From: Opitutales bacterium
Lineage (GTDB): Bacteria; Verrucomicrobiota; Verrucomicrobiia; Opitutales; UBA2987
Reading direction: 5' to 3'
Length of the DNA stretch: 64,000 nucleotides
Assembly: GCA_965226885.1 (NCBI GenBank)
Contig: CBDDEL010000013.1
Span: forward strand, 384,001-448,000
Part shown: piece after piece, positions 1-10,275 of the stretch
Position numbering within the stretch: the stretch's first letter is position 1
Layout of the letters: every line of letters begins with the position of its first letter
Program-made: the position numbers and the translations under genes
The notes under the pieces: model-generated
The model's database searches: none
Told to the model about the DNA's origin: nothing
What the model saw: the letters and a program-made list of their open reading frames with translations, nothing else

Positions 1-137
1 TGCGCCAACGACTGGGTCGTTTCACACGCAAAACCCTCTCCTTTTCCAAGCTTAAGAGTATGCATGAAACCTGTCTGAGACTTTTTATTCATCAATATAA
101 TCAAGAATTAGCCACCATTCCTACTTAATACACTACC
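1..137 (+). mobile_element. IS1-family element, right-hand part only (runs off the window start)
   Basis: Near-identical to the 3' end of the complete copy at 32234-33035 (…[16 protein letters not shown]…ELATIPT*); ends in the terminal IR TAATACACTACC at 137. Confidence 0.93.
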
Positions 138-197
138 TGATTTCATCCTCAATTCCACCGCTACCCGCAATGGAAGGGCCAGGTATTACTACCTTAG

Positions 198-1764
198 CCC
201 GGATATTTCATGAAGGGTAAAGTTTGGCTCGTTATTGCTATTGGAGATGGATTTCTTTGTATTTTGAGCAGATCGTCTTGATTTTTAGGTGTTTTTCAGG
301 GTGTAGAGACACTGCCCCCTTTCCCCCATTGGTTCGGTAGTGCCGGGGGCAGCACCAATGCACCCTTTAGGTTGGCACCAATCGGCGGGCCGCATGGTTG
401 AAAAGACTGGCCCAAGGATAACTCTCACTTAGGTGAAAGTGAATCGTTCGGGTGTTGCGCACGATGACCGCTCCGATCTTGATTAATTTGAGCCGCAGGG
501 TGTGGCATTGGGCCCGCGCCCACTTCGTCCCTTTTAAGGCTAACCGGCGCATGGCTTCCATCAAGGTGTAGGCCAGCGCCGACAAGAGCAATCGCCACTG
601 ATTGGCCCACCATTGATGGGCGCTGGTGCGCTCGCTGAACAATTGCATCTGTTCCTTGATTCGGTTCTCCATTTCACCGCGGCCACAGTATACCTTGTCG
701 TAAAGCTCCTGGGGATCGCCCGGCAGGTTCGTCACCACGAAGCGCGGGTTGGACCCCTGTGCGGTGTGTTCGGCTTTATGGATGACCAACCGCAGCCATC
801 GCCACGAATCGGCAGCATAGACGAAGTCCTGGAATAACCGTTGTTTTTCACCCCTTAGTTCGAACCATTCTTTGGCCTGCTTTTGCAACTGCTGGGCGTC
901 TTGCTGCAAGCGTGCATTGCGAGCCATCCCCACGATGTAACTAACTTCGTTGCGGTCGCACCAAGAGAGTATCCGGTCTCGACAAAATCCACTGTCGGCG
1001 CGCCAAATAATCCGCGTACGGGGCCAGCTTTGGCGAATCCGTTTAACCAGCAATTTGAGGATGGCCCCGGCATGCTTGCTGGCATCGATCTTGCTCGGCC
1101 GCAGGTAGGCCACCAGCAGCTGATCACCGCAAAAAACATATAGCGGCAGAAAACAGTAATGATCATAATAACCGTGGAAAAAACGTCCCTCCTGGAGCCC
1201 GTGCACCGGATTGTCGGTGGCGTCAAAGTCCAGGATGATCTCTTCGGGTTCCTCGGCAAAGGAGCCCATGAACTGTTCGACCAACAGCTCGTTTACCGCA
1301 AAGGCCGCCCGCCGATCCTGCCCGTTTTCAAAACGACACACAGTCGGCGCGCTGGCCAACGTTTCAATGCGCCCCGTTACCGTTTGCAACAATGGATCGT
1401 GGCGCAGGGTATCAAAGTCGTTCAAATCCTCATAGCCCGCCACCAGCCCGTAAACGCGCTGCCGCAGCATCCCCAATACCTCATGGCGTACTTTGCCCTT
1501 CTGCCGTTTGTCCACTAACTGTCGGGCCGCTCGTTCGGTCAAGCCCAACTGCCGATCCACTTCCCGGATCAAAAGCAGTCCGGCATCCGAAGTAACCTCT
1601 CCGCCCTTGAAATCAACCCGCACACGGCGGCCTTTTACCCTTGTCAACTGTAGCTTTAATTGTTTACCTTTTGTCATCGCTGATATTGCTTTAATTATTG
1701 ATCTATCCTGCTGTATATCAGCAGTTAAGCATATCAACGATACTTTTTTTACGAAATATCCGGG
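198..1764 (-). mobile_element. IS1380-family element, copy 1 (1567 bp, complete)
   Basis: Terminal IRs CCCGGATATTTC…GAAATATCCGGG; 4-bp target duplication TTAG (194-197, 1765-1768). Confidence 0.95.
367..1677 (-). CDS. IS1380-family DDE transposase (436 aa from the ATG of MTKGK)
   Basis: Motifs FKGGEVTSDAG, GYEDLND, LDFDAT…HGLQEG, RADSGF, Y..RG.MENRIKE. Confidence 0.93.
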   Translation of the reverse strand: MTKGKQLKLQLTRVKGRRVRVDFKGGEVTSDAGLLLIREVDRQLGLTERAARQLVDKRQKGKVRHEVLGMLRQRVYGLVAGYEDLNDFDTLRHDPLLQTVTGRIETLASAPTVCRFENGQDRRAAFAVNELLVEQFMGSFAEEPEEIILDFDATDNPVHGLQEGRFFHGYYDHYCFLPLYVFCGDQLLVAYLRPSKIDASKHAGAILKLLVKRIRQSWPRTRIIWRADSGFCRDRILSWCDRNEVSYIVGMARNARLQQDAQQLQKQAKEWFELRGEKQRLFQDFVYAADSWRWLRLVIHKAEHTAQGSNPRFVVTNLPGDPQELYDKVYCGRGEMENRIKEQMQLFSERTSAHQWWANQWRLLLSALAYTLMEAMRRLALKGTKWARAQCHTLRLKLIKIGAVIVRNTRTIHFHLSESYPWASLFNHAARRLVPT

Positions 1765-1957
1765 TTAGCAAACCCATGATTTTCGGCACCGTCTATGCCC
1801 CCCGGGCCTATATCGACATGCGTGGGGACAACAAGGATGGCGCCTTTACGGGAGCCGTGGTGGGAGACCGGATTATCATCCGGGGCGAATATCGCTTGCA
1901 TTTTGACGAACAATTGAAGAATTATGGGGGAGAAAGTCCCACTTACACGATCGAGCA

Positions 1958-2545
1958 ATGGCAATCGCTCAAACCCCAGGAGATGGTTACACTGATCCCG
2001 TAAAAGCCCTCGCATGGCGGGCCAATGTTTCCTTGGGCAAATCTCTCGTCAAACTCCGGCTGTCGGAAGAGGAAATTATTACCGAACAAGGGCTTCCCGC
2101 TCTGCGCAAGCATCTTGACCAAGGTAATATCAAACAGGCCTCCCTCCTGAAAATATTGTCCTGGGACCTCAATCTGGTTAATGAGAAATTGATCATCGAC
2201 CACCATATTGAGGATTACAGCCTGGGCCATTGCAATCTGAGCAATTACGAAATCGATCAATCTCTTTTGTCTAATTTTACCCTCAACGAATGCTGGGCCA
2301 CCATGTCTCTGCCCTTCGACTTGCTGGAAGGAGTGTTTTTTGTGGCCTCTTGCAGCTACATCAGCAAAGTAGTTGTAGCCCATTGGGAAAAACGTCTCTG
2401 CCGCGACATTGTCTGGTATATCGTTGACCTTTCCTCGCTCACCATGACTCTGGAACGGCTGGAAAAAGAAACTCAGGAACCGGAAACGGAAGACGAGAAC
2501 TCCGCAGGTGCAGAAAAGGACGATTTGGTGGAGGAATCGGTGTAA
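1958..2545 (+). CDS. Hypothetical protein resembling the N-terminal (MshEN/T2SSE_N-like) region of PilB-type ATPases; start uncertain
   Basis: 195-aa ORF, TAATG-coupled to the ATPase; CWATMSLPFD…FFVASC…HWEK segment. Confidence 0.6.
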   Translation: MAIAQTPGDGYTDPVKALAWRANVSLGKSLVKLRLSEEEIITEQGLPALRKHLDQGNIKQASLLKILSWDLNLVNEKLIIDHHIEDYSLGHCNLSNYEIDQSLLSNFTLNECWATMSLPFDLLEGVFFVASCSYISKVVVAHWEKRLCRDIVWYIVDLSSLTMTLERLEKETQEPETEDENSAGAEKDDLVEESV

Positions 2546-4320
2546 TGCTGGCGCGATCACAGATAGTTCTAGTAGAAACCCTCAGGCATTTGGGCAGCTT
2601 GGACGATACCAACGCTGCATCTCTGCTGGAAAAATCCGATCTCTCCGGCTTTGCCATGGAGAAAATCCTGATCGCGGATTTCAATGTCACTCCCATACCG
2701 CTCCTTCTGGCCAAGGCAAAAGCCTACAAACTCGCTCCCATCAACATCGCCAAATTCAAAGTCACGGACCAATGCTTCGAGTTTCTGGAACTCGAGTTTT
2801 GCCGCAAACACAATATTTTACCCTTGGGAGATATTGGCCGTTACCTGGCCATTGCCACCTCCGACCCCCTCAATCCGGCCCTCAAAGCAAGAATTGAAGG
2901 GGTTACCAAAAAACCGTTCTACTTCCTCATCGCGCTGGCCGAAGACTTGGATGATAAATTCGGGGAGAAAAACAAAGATCAAATCTCGCCCACCCTCGGG
3001 TTTGGCGACGTGGTTGAAGCGCTGGGTATGGAATTCGATCTCGACGCCGACAATATCGAGGAAAAAGACCTCGAAAACGAGGAATCCGCGCCGGTCGTGC
3101 TGCTGACCAACCGTATCGTAGAAGACGCTTATTTTTCCGGCGCCAGCGATATTCACATCGAGCCGTTCGAACACCACACTCGCGTACGGGTGCACATTGA
3201 CGGAATTTGCAAGGAACGGCTGACCATTCCGAAAAAAATCGCCGCCACTCTCCTGGCTCGGCTCAAAGTGATGGCCAACCTAGATATTGCCGAACGCCGG
3301 CGCTACCAGGACGGGCGCATCGTTTTCAAGCAATTCAATCGCAAGGGCATCGATGTGGACCTTCGTGTTTCCACCGCCCCCATGAATTACGGCGAGGGTT
3401 GTGTCATGCGTCTGCTGGACAAGCAGCGCTCCACCCTGCCCTTGACGGACCTAGGATTTTCGGAACAAAACCTGGAACATTACCGTGAATTGATCTCCCG
3501 CCCGTTCGGGATGATCCTGCACTGCGGACCAACCGGTTCGGGGAAATCCATGACCCTCTATTCGGCCCTCAATGAGATCAACAGTCCGGACCTCTGCATC
3601 CGCACGGCCGAAGACCCCATTGAATATACTCTGCCCGGCATTGTCCAAGTGCAGATGAATCGCAAAATCGGAGTTACTTTCGCCAACTCCCTGAGGGCTT
3701 TTCTCCGGCAGGATCCGGACATCATCCTGGTGGGGGAAATCCGCGATAAGGAAACCGCCGATATCGCCATCGAAGCCTCCCTCACAGGGCACAAATTGTT
3801 CAGCACCCTTCATACCAACGATGCTCCCAGCACCATAGTGCGCCTCACGGACATGGGTATCGAACCGTTTATGATTTCTTCCTCTCTCATCTGTGTATGC
3901 GCCCAAAGACTCATGCGCAGGCTTTGTGTAACCTGCAAACAGCCCTACGAACCCAATGAAATGGAAAAGGAGATCATGGAAAAGGCCATCGGATGGAGTG
4001 GTCCCATTTACACCTCGAAACGGGCCGGATGTCCCAATTGCGGCAACACAGGCTATCGCGGGCGGGTCGGCATCCACGAGTTAATGGCCTCGAATGACGA
4101 GTTGGTACAAGGCATTAATGCCAACCTACAAATTTCTCAGATCAAAGGCATCTCCGTCAGGAATGGCATGGCCACCCTCCACCAGGACGGCATGTTAAAA
4201 GTGAGGGAGGGTCTGTCCTCCTTCGAGGAATGCATCGCCACCGTTCCCACCGACATGGAAGATCTGGCGGGATTGAGAGAAAACAACGAATCGCAGCCTA
4301 TCGAGGCCGTCGGGCGGTAA
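2545..4320 (+). CDS. GspE/PilB-family type II secretion / type IV pilus assembly ATPase
   Basis: ASDIHIEP, QDGR, Walker A GPTGSGKS, EDPIEY, LRQDPDIILVGEIRD, TGH..STLHTND, tetra-Cys motif. Confidence 0.93.
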   Translation: MLARSQIVLVETLRHLGSLDDTNAASLLEKSDLSGFAMEKILIADFNVTPIPLLLAKAKAYKLAPINIAKFKVTDQCFEFLELEFCRKHNILPLGDIGRYLAIATSDPLNPALKARIEGVTKKPFYFLIALAEDLDDKFGEKNKDQISPTLGFGDVVEALGMEFDLDADNIEEKDLENEESAPVVLLTNRIVEDAYFSGASDIHIEPFEHHTRVRVHIDGICKERLTIPKKIAATLLARLKVMANLDIAERRRYQDGRIVFKQFNRKGIDVDLRVSTAPMNYGEGCVMRLLDKQRSTLPLTDLGFSEQNLEHYRELISRPFGMILHCGPTGSGKSMTLYSALNEINSPDLCIRTAEDPIEYTLPGIVQVQMNRKIGVTFANSLRAFLRQDPDIILVGEIRDKETADIAIEASLTGHKLFSTLHTNDAPSTIVRLTDMGIEPFMISSSLICVCAQRLMRRLCVTCKQPYEPNEMEKEIMEKAIGWSGPIYTSKRAGCPNCGNTGYRGRVGIHELMASNDELVQGINANLQISQIKGISVRNGMATLHQDGMLKVREGLSSFEECIATVPTDMEDLAGLRENNESQPIEAVGR

Positions 4321-5425
4321 ATCCCGGCCCCGGCCCAAGCACCGCTTCCGCCGCCAGGGCGCATTGCAGCCCGAAAGTGAGGTATCCGCAATACCCGGCC
4401 AATGGCATTTCGAATATTTTGAGGACATCAAAACTGGGAATCTTGTAAGTCCATTTGGCCAGGCTGAGAAAGTTCCACATTTCCCAGAAAAAACCGCACA
4501 ACAAGGCTGCCAAAGCCCAGTTGAAAACATAGGACCAATTGCCTTGGCCGATGCCGCCCAGGCAAACGGGGGTACCGGTTAACCGGTTGAGGGCCACCCA
4601 CCCGGCCAGGGGGCCGGCCCACAAAATCGGGAAAAGAAGTTCCGGTTTAAGACCTATAAAGAAAAAAGCGAGGAAAACAGCTAATAGGACAAGAACCGCC
4701 ACCTCGGCCTCAAAGCGGATGCTAAGGGCCGGCCCGGACGCCGCCAGCCGCTCCAGCGCGGGAATAGTTCGCAAATAGCATTGCGCGCTATAAACTGCCG
4801 GTAATACGGTGGAAAAACAAAGACTTCCGTGGAAAAAATATTTTATCGGTAATATATTTTCCAATCCCAGGTAATGCCAGTTCTGCACAAAGCGGTTTAA
4901 ATATTCAAAAAACCACCAAAAAGCGGCGCTCGTTAAAAACAGCATTAAAAACTCCAACGGCCTTTGCAGGAGGGGGCAATGGCCCAACTTGCGGAAAATG
5001 AGCGCATTGACCGTTGTAATAAAGGACAACCAAAGCGGGGTGAAGGTATATTCCTGCCAGGGAGCAAACCAGGCAAACCGGTTCCACGCTAAAATCCAGC
5101 AAACCATGCCTAAACCGAGTCCCAGCCAACCCCACCAGGGAAAATTATGACGCCGTTCAATTTCCCGATGGACCACTTTGGTCAGTGATTTATTAAATGA
5201 AAACCAAATCAGGATAAGGAGAGCTACAAGGCCCCAGTAAGCCCAATAAATAATAGGATGAAAGCTCGTGTAATCCATTTCCCATTGCAGGGGAGGAAAT
5301 TGCAGAAAAGGAGACACATCGCGGCCCGCCAAGGCCAGACCGGCCAGCGGCAATCCCAAAAAGGAGACTAGTAAAAGGCTGGCGTTCAACCAGTGCCTCC
5401 GTTTATGCTTAAAAATTCTATTCAT
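4298..5425 (-). CDS. Multi-pass membrane protein of unknown function (375 aa)
   Basis: Many Trp-rich TM segments; internal repeat FWWFFEYLN…NWHY / FFWEMWN…KWTY; ATG at 5425 overlaps the HDAC stop. Confidence 0.75.
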   Translation of the reverse strand: MNRIFKHKRRHWLNASLLLVSFLGLPLAGLALAGRDVSPFLQFPPLQWEMDYTSFHPIIYWAYWGLVALLILIWFSFNKSLTKVVHREIERRHNFPWWGWLGLGLGMVCWILAWNRFAWFAPWQEYTFTPLWLSFITTVNALIFRKLGHCPLLQRPLEFLMLFLTSAAFWWFFEYLNRFVQNWHYLGLENILPIKYFFHGSLCFSTVLPAVYSAQCYLRTIPALERLAASGPALSIRFEAEVAVLVLLAVFLAFFFIGLKPELLFPILWAGPLAGWVALNRLTGTPVCLGGIGQGNWSYVFNWALAALLCGFFWEMWNFLSLAKWTYKIPSFDVLKIFEMPLAGYCGYLTFGLQCALAAEAVLGPGPGFTARRPR

Positions 5426-6365
5426 GCCCGCACAATACCGCCAGATGACTCTCGACTGAGCGCGCCATTGCATTCAGATTATAACCGCCTTCGAGAATCG
5501 AAACCAGCCGACCCGCGCAATGTTCATCGGCCAATTTCACGACCCACCGAGTCAGTTCGGCAAAGTCATCATCCTCCAGCCTCATTGCCGCCAGAGGGTC
5601 CTCCCGGTGAGCGTCGAACCCGGCCGATATTAGTATCATTTGTGGCCTCAGGCATTTGGCAGCCGGTATCAATTGCTCCTGAAATGCTTTTTGGTATTCC
5701 TCGATGGCACAACCTGCGGGCAGAGGAACATTGAGGGTGAATCCCTCCCCGGCGCCCCGGCCGGTATCTGTTGAAGCGCCCGTTCCGGGGTAGTAAGGGT
5801 ATTGGTGGATGCTGAAATAAAAGACGGATGGATCCTCATAAAAAATTTCCTCCGTGCCATTGCCGTGGTGAACATCCCAATCAATGATGAGCAGCCTCTC
5901 CAGCCCATATTTCTCCTGAGCATAACGAGCGGCAACGGCAATCTGGTCAAATAGGCAAAACCCCATTGCGACCCCCGGCCGGGCATGGTGCCCCGGAGGA
6001 CGGGAGCAGACAAACGCATTTCGGCAGTTGCCATCCATAACCGAATCCACAGCCATCATGGCTCCCCCGCTGGCTAGCAGGGCCACTCGGTAGGAATCCG
6101 GGCAGACCCGCGTATCTCCGGCGTCGAGCAAGGCAAGCCCTTGACGACAGGATTGCTCGACAAAAAGCCGGTATTCAGCCGTGTGGCATTTCTCTATCCA
6201 ATGCGCCTCGGCCTCCTGCGGCTGCCGCCACAAGAGGCGATCCTTGAATAGCGAACCTTGGATGCGGTCATGCACAACCCTGGCCCGACAGGAAGTTTCC
6301 GGATGCACGGAGCCAGTATCGTGCAGCTCGTAACCCGGATGGTAAATAAAAGCGGTTTTAGTCAT
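5418..6365 (-). CDS. Histone deacetylase-family (AcuC/AphA-like) amidohydrolase
   Basis: HPE, RPPGHHA, GFC, DWDVHHGNGT, SAGFDAH..DPL, LEGGY. Confidence 0.93.
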   Translation of the reverse strand: MTKTAFIYHPGYELHDTGSVHPETSCRARVVHDRIQGSLFKDRLLWRQPQEAEAHWIEKCHTAEYRLFVEQSCRQGLALLDAGDTRVCPDSYRVALLASGGAMMAVDSVMDGNCRNAFVCSRPPGHHARPGVAMGFCLFDQIAVAARYAQEKYGLERLLIIDWDVHHGNGTEEIFYEDPSVFYFSIHQYPYYPGTGASTDTGRGAGEGFTLNVPLPAGCAIEEYQKAFQEQLIPAAKCLRPQMILISAGFDAHREDPLAAMRLEDDDFAELTRWVVKLADEHCAGRLVSILEGGYNLNAMARSVESHLAVLCGHE

Positions 6366-6408
6366 TTTAAAGGAAAGAATTCAACTTGTATTCTTTCTTG
6401 TCGAAATT

Positions 6409-9400
6409 TCATTCAACCGGCTCCGCGGGCAGGCCCCAACCGCCGCCGCCGGGGGTTTTCATGACGAGACGATCGCCGGGCTGAACGCTACGGCAATCCA
6501 GGGGCATGAGCGACTCTTTTTTACCGGAGGGTGAGACCAGATACTGCTTCCCCGGCTTTCCGGACGAGCCTCCCGCCATTCCGTAGGGCCCGGCGGCGCG
6601 GCGCTGGGTTAAAAGCGAAAGTTGGGACTCGTCCAAAAATTCGATTTCCCTGACGACTCCATCCCCACCACAATGCTTTCCACGACCACCGGAACCGGCG
6701 CGAATCTCAAAACGCCGCAGCCTGACGGGATAGCGATGCTCCAGAATTTCCGGGTCCGTTATGGCCGTGTTTGTCATGTGGGTGTGCACTGCGGAAGCGC
6801 CGGGCGCTTTTTCGGTGGCCCCCGATCCGCCGCAAATCGTTTCATAATAACTGAAGCTCTCATCCCCAAAAACAAGATTATTCATGGTTCCCTGGCTGGC
6901 CGCAGCAGCCCCCAAAGCCAGCAAGAGGGTGTCCACAATTCTTTGGCTGGTTTCCACATTGCCGCCGCCCACGGCGGGCGCTTTGGCGGGATCATGACCG
7001 AAAACGGGGTTGAGAAAGCAATCCGGAAAGATCACCCGAACCGGTTCCAGCAATCCTTCGTTTAAAGGAATTTTCTCATCCAGCAACAACCGTAGGACAT
7101 AGACCAGGGCGCTATTGACGATAGCCGGGGTGGCATTCAAGTTCCCCCCATGCAAGGGCGAGGTCCCGCTGAAATCAACGGTCAAAACATCGGCTTCGCG
7201 GCGCAAACAGACTTCGATCACATGACCGTCGTCGAGGGTCTGGCGGGCTTTCAGGGGTGCTCGGGAAAGAAATGCCAGTTTTGATTTCATGAGGCAAGCG
7301 GCCCGTTTGCGCAGGGCATTCAAATAGGTCGAAACCGTTTCCGGCCCGTAATTTTTAGCCATTGATTGAAAAGCCCCTGCTCCTCGTATATTGGAGGCCA
7401 CCTGCGCCTTGATGTCTGCCAGATTATCTTCAAGCGCCCGTGTCGGCCAGGGACCGCATTGGAGGAGCCTCTCAAGTTCCCCAAAATTTTCCCTGCCTGC
7501 AATAAAAAGCTTGAAGGGCACCAGGACAACCCCTTCTTCGGCCAGGCTGCGGGCCTCCGGGGGCATGGAACCGGGGCGGGTGCCGCCAATTTCAGCATGA
7601 TGGGCCCGGTTGGCGACAAATCCCAGCAGGCGTTGGTTATTTTTTCCATCATCCACAAATACGGGCGTAATGAGAGTCACATCGGGGAGATGCGAACCGC
7701 CAAAAGCCGGATGATTGGTCAAAATAATATCTCCCGGAGAAAAATCCATGAGTTTGGCCACTTCGCGCACACACAGCCCCAAAGCGCCCAGGTGCACGGG
7801 TATGTGGGGCGCATTGACTACCAGACGGCCTTCCGGATCGAGCAAGCCGCAGGAAAAATCGAGCCGTTCCTTGATATTGGTGGAAAGAGCGGTGCGCCGC
7901 AATTGTGAACCCATCTCCTCCACAATTTGACGAAAACGATGGGTGAAAAGCTCTCGCTGCACGACTTCCGGGAGGTCGCCGGTGGCCGGTCCTTCGATCT
8001 CGTTCACTTTCGTCAGCATGACAGACTGCTCACTTCCGGCGACGGCTTTCCAGCCGGATTCAATCACCAGCGTGCTGTAGGCATCCGTTATGATGGCCGG
8101 CCCTTCAATCGCCGAGCCGGTTGACAAATCATTCCGGTTGAAAAGTGGCATACCCCCACCCCACCGGCTCGAACCAGCGGCGGTCTTTTTTACGGGCTCA
8201 GGTTTTTGACCGGACTCGGCAAAAGTTTCCGCCCGTATTTCAGGATCGGGGGTCGCAGCTATGACCTGAAGGGAAACCACTTCCATTTTCTTGGCCGAGG
8301 GGAAATATCCAAAAATGGACCTATAACGTTTCTCAAACTGCTTTAGAAGATTTTCGCCTTTCTCCCAGGCTACTACAAGGGAGGATTCCTGCCCAAGAAA
8401 ACGCAATCGGGCAAAACGATTCCTGATCATCAAATGCTCTCTTTCCCAACCTTCGGCCGTCAAACGCCCAATGGCTTCATTTTCAAGTTCCAGGAAAATA
8501 TTTTTAAGTTCAGCGGTAATTTCGGAAAAAGGCCGCAGCAATTGGCGCTCGGCAAAGGCATCGACGACAGCATGACTGAGACCGCGAGCGCTCAAAAGGC
8601 CCGCTTCGTCGGGAAAAAGGATTCGCTTGATCCCCAGCCGTTCTGCGACCGAACAGGCATGCATCCCACCGGCCCCACCAAAAGCGACCAGGGCATATTC
8701 GCCCGGATCGTAGCCCTCCCGTAATGAAATGCGGCGAATGGTATCGGCCATCCTCTCGTTGGCAATATCGAGGAACCCTTGCAGGATTTTCCTTTCCTCA
8801 TCGGGATGGGCTTGGGCATGACGGCCGGGCAGCCCAGCCAGCAACTCCGCGAATCTCCTGGCCGCATCTTCTTCGAAAACGGGGATGCCGAATGAGTCCA
8901 GGTTCAACCGCCCCAGCAAAAGATGGACATCGGTCAAGCAAAGCGGCCCCCCGGTGCCATAACAGGCCGGGCCGGGATTGGCTCCGGCGCTCTTGGGCCC
9001 GACAAAGAGGGCTTCGCCGTTAAAACCGCAAATCGAGCCGCCGCCGGAAGCCACCGTCTCGATCGGCAAAGCGGGCGCCATCAGTTGGGCGCGACCCACA
9101 CGGTGGCTTTCGCGGTATTCAAATTCGCCGTCAAAGCGGGAGACATCGGCGCTGGTGCCACCCATATCGAACGGAATAATTTTCTTCAAGCCGGCCCGCG
9201 CGCCAGCCGCTACCGCTCCCACCACTCCACCCGCCGGTCCGCTCAACAGGCTGTCCTTGGACCGGTAACGATGTCTCGGAACTAAGCCGCCCGCGCTCGT
9301 CATAACGGTTAATGCTCCCTTTGCAACCGCCTCCTCTACCTGGGTTAGGTAACGCCCCATAAGAGGACCGAGGTAGGCATCGACGACAGCCGTTTGGGTG

Positions 9401-10221
9401 CGCTCAAGGTATTTGATGAAAGGGGAGAGATTTTCCGAACAAACCACATATTCAAAACCAAGGTCCAATAACAAATCCTGCAAAGCTTGTTCATGGGCGG
9501 GGTTCCGGAAGCTGTTCAGGAGAGAGATGGCGGCGGCATCGCAACCGGCTTGCAAGGCCTGCTGGGCCGCAGTTTTCGCAGCCGACAAGTCTAGAGATTT
9601 CAGGACTGCCCCATCGGCCGCAATGCGTTCATCGATTTCTTCCACATGGTGGTAGAGCGGTTCCGGTTTTATGATATTCAAAGCAAATAGATCGGGACGC
9701 TTCTGGTCCCCGATGAGAAGTAGGTCTTGAAACCCCCTGGTGACAAAGAGAGCCACTTTCGAGCCTTCCTCCTCCAGCAAGGCGTTGGTTCCCCGCGTAG
9801 TGCCCAGTCGCAAGGCCAAAGGCGGCAGGGGCTGGTTGCCGGGGGTTCCCGTGAGCATGCGGGCGCCTACTATGGGTGATTCTTCCCCGGTGTAAAACTC
9901 CACCATGGATCCACTGGGAAACATCTCTCTAATAGAGCCGGAAAGCGTAACCTGGCGTTTTTCCAGATCGCATTGGGCAATTTCGAAATCGTGGTCCGAT
10001 GGACCGGCCATTCGCATTCGGAAGCCCATGAAGAAGTCTTTGGGCAAATCCCAGGGAATGTCCAGCAGCAGCGTTCGATCTCCAATGCGACCGCCGACCC
10101 GCACTCGCAATGCCCCGCTCGAGAGCACTTTGGCGCGCTCGATCCTGCCCTCAGGCGAATACCCGAGGCAATCGGTAAAGGTTCCGCCCGTATCAATGGC
10201 AAGATTCCAGGACATTTTCAA
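6409..10221 (-). CDS. Fused hydantoinase A/B / ATP-dependent 5-oxoprolinase
   Basis: DTGGTFTD, SGPAGG, DMGGTS, SAGANPGPACY, NIKERLDFSC, HIPVHLG, GGNVETSQ, SQGTMNN, TPGGGGWG. Confidence 0.93.
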   Translation of the reverse strand: MKMSWNLAIDTGGTFTDCLGYSPEGRIERAKVLSSGALRVRVGGRIGDRTLLLDIPWDLPKDFFMGFRMRMAGPSDHDFEIAQCDLEKRQVTLSGSIREMFPSGSMVEFYTGEESPIVGARMLTGTPGNQPLPPLALRLGTTRGTNALLEEEGSKVALFVTRGFQDLLLIGDQKRPDLFALNIIKPEPLYHHVEEIDERIAADGAVLKSLDLSAAKTAAQQALQAGCDAAAISLLNSFRNPAHEQALQDLLLDLGFEYVVCSENLSPFIKYLERTQTAVVDAYLGPLMGRYLTQVEEAVAKGALTVMTSAGGLVPRHRYRSKDSLLSGPAGGVVGAVAAGARAGLKKIIPFDMGGTSADVSRFDGEFEYRESHRVGRAQLMAPALPIETVASGGGSICGFNGEALFVGPKSAGANPGPACYGTGGPLCLTDVHLLLGRLNLDSFGIPVFEEDAARRFAELLAGLPGRHAQAHPDEERKILQGFLDIANERMADTIRRISLREGYDPGEYALVAFGGAGGMHACSVAERLGIKRILFPDEAGLLSARGLSHAVVDAFAERQLLRPFSEITAELKNIFLELENEAIGRLTAEGWEREHLMIRNRFARLRFLGQESSLVVAWEKGENLLKQFEKRYRSIFGYFPSAKKMEVVSLQVIAATPDPEIRAETFAESGQKPEPVKKTAAGSSRWGGGMPLFNRNDLSTGSAIEGPAIITDAYSTLVIESGWKAVAGSEQSVMLTKVNEIEGPATGDLPEVVQRELFTHRFRQIVEEMGSQLRRTALSTNIKERLDFSCGLLDPEGRLVVNAPHIPVHLGALGLCVREVAKLMDFSPGDIILTNHPAFGGSHLPDVTLITPVFVDDGKNNQRLLGFVANRAHHAEIGGTRPGSMPPEARSLAEEGVVLVPFKLFIAGRENFGELERLLQCGPWPTRALEDNLADIKAQVASNIRGAGAFQSMAKNYGPETVSTYLNALRKRAACLMKSKLAFLSRAPLKARQTLDDGHVIEVCLRREADVLTVDFSGTSPLHGGNLNATPAIVNSALVYVLRLLLDEKIPLNEGLLEPVRVIFPDCFLNPVFGHDPAKAPAVGGGNVETSQRIVDTLLLALGAAAASQGTMNNLVFGDESFSYYETICGGSGATEKAPGASAVHTHMTNTAITDPEILEHRYPVRLRRFEIRAGSGGRGKHCGGDGVVREIEFLDESQLSLLTQRRAAGPYGMAGGSSGKPGKQYLVSPSGKKESLMPLDCRSVQPGDRLVMKTPGGGGWGLPAEPVE

Positions 10222-10275
10222 CAGAATTTCGCAGTATAAAGTGTCAGACCGACCTATGGTTTGTGCCGAAGCCGA

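Larger units (their letters stand above)
138..2003 (+). pseudogene. C-terminal part of a PilX-like pilus/secretion-associated protein, interrupted by IS1 (upstream) and IS1380 (198-1764)
   Basis: Removing IS1380 and one TTAG restores an open frame DFILNSTATRNGRARYYYLSKPMIFGTVYAPRAYIDMRG…GAVVGDRIIIRGEYRLHFDEQL…; the GTVYAPxA…GAVVG…HFDE pattern and the position next to a PilB/GspE ATPase suggest the family. Confidence 0.6.

Noticed and set aside
425..1768. Recurrent short ORFs (62-134 aa) inside every IS1380 copy, and similar ones in the IS1 and ISNCY-like elements
   Set aside because: Shadow or antisense frames of the transposase. They recur only because the element is repeated, and several change length in isoform C
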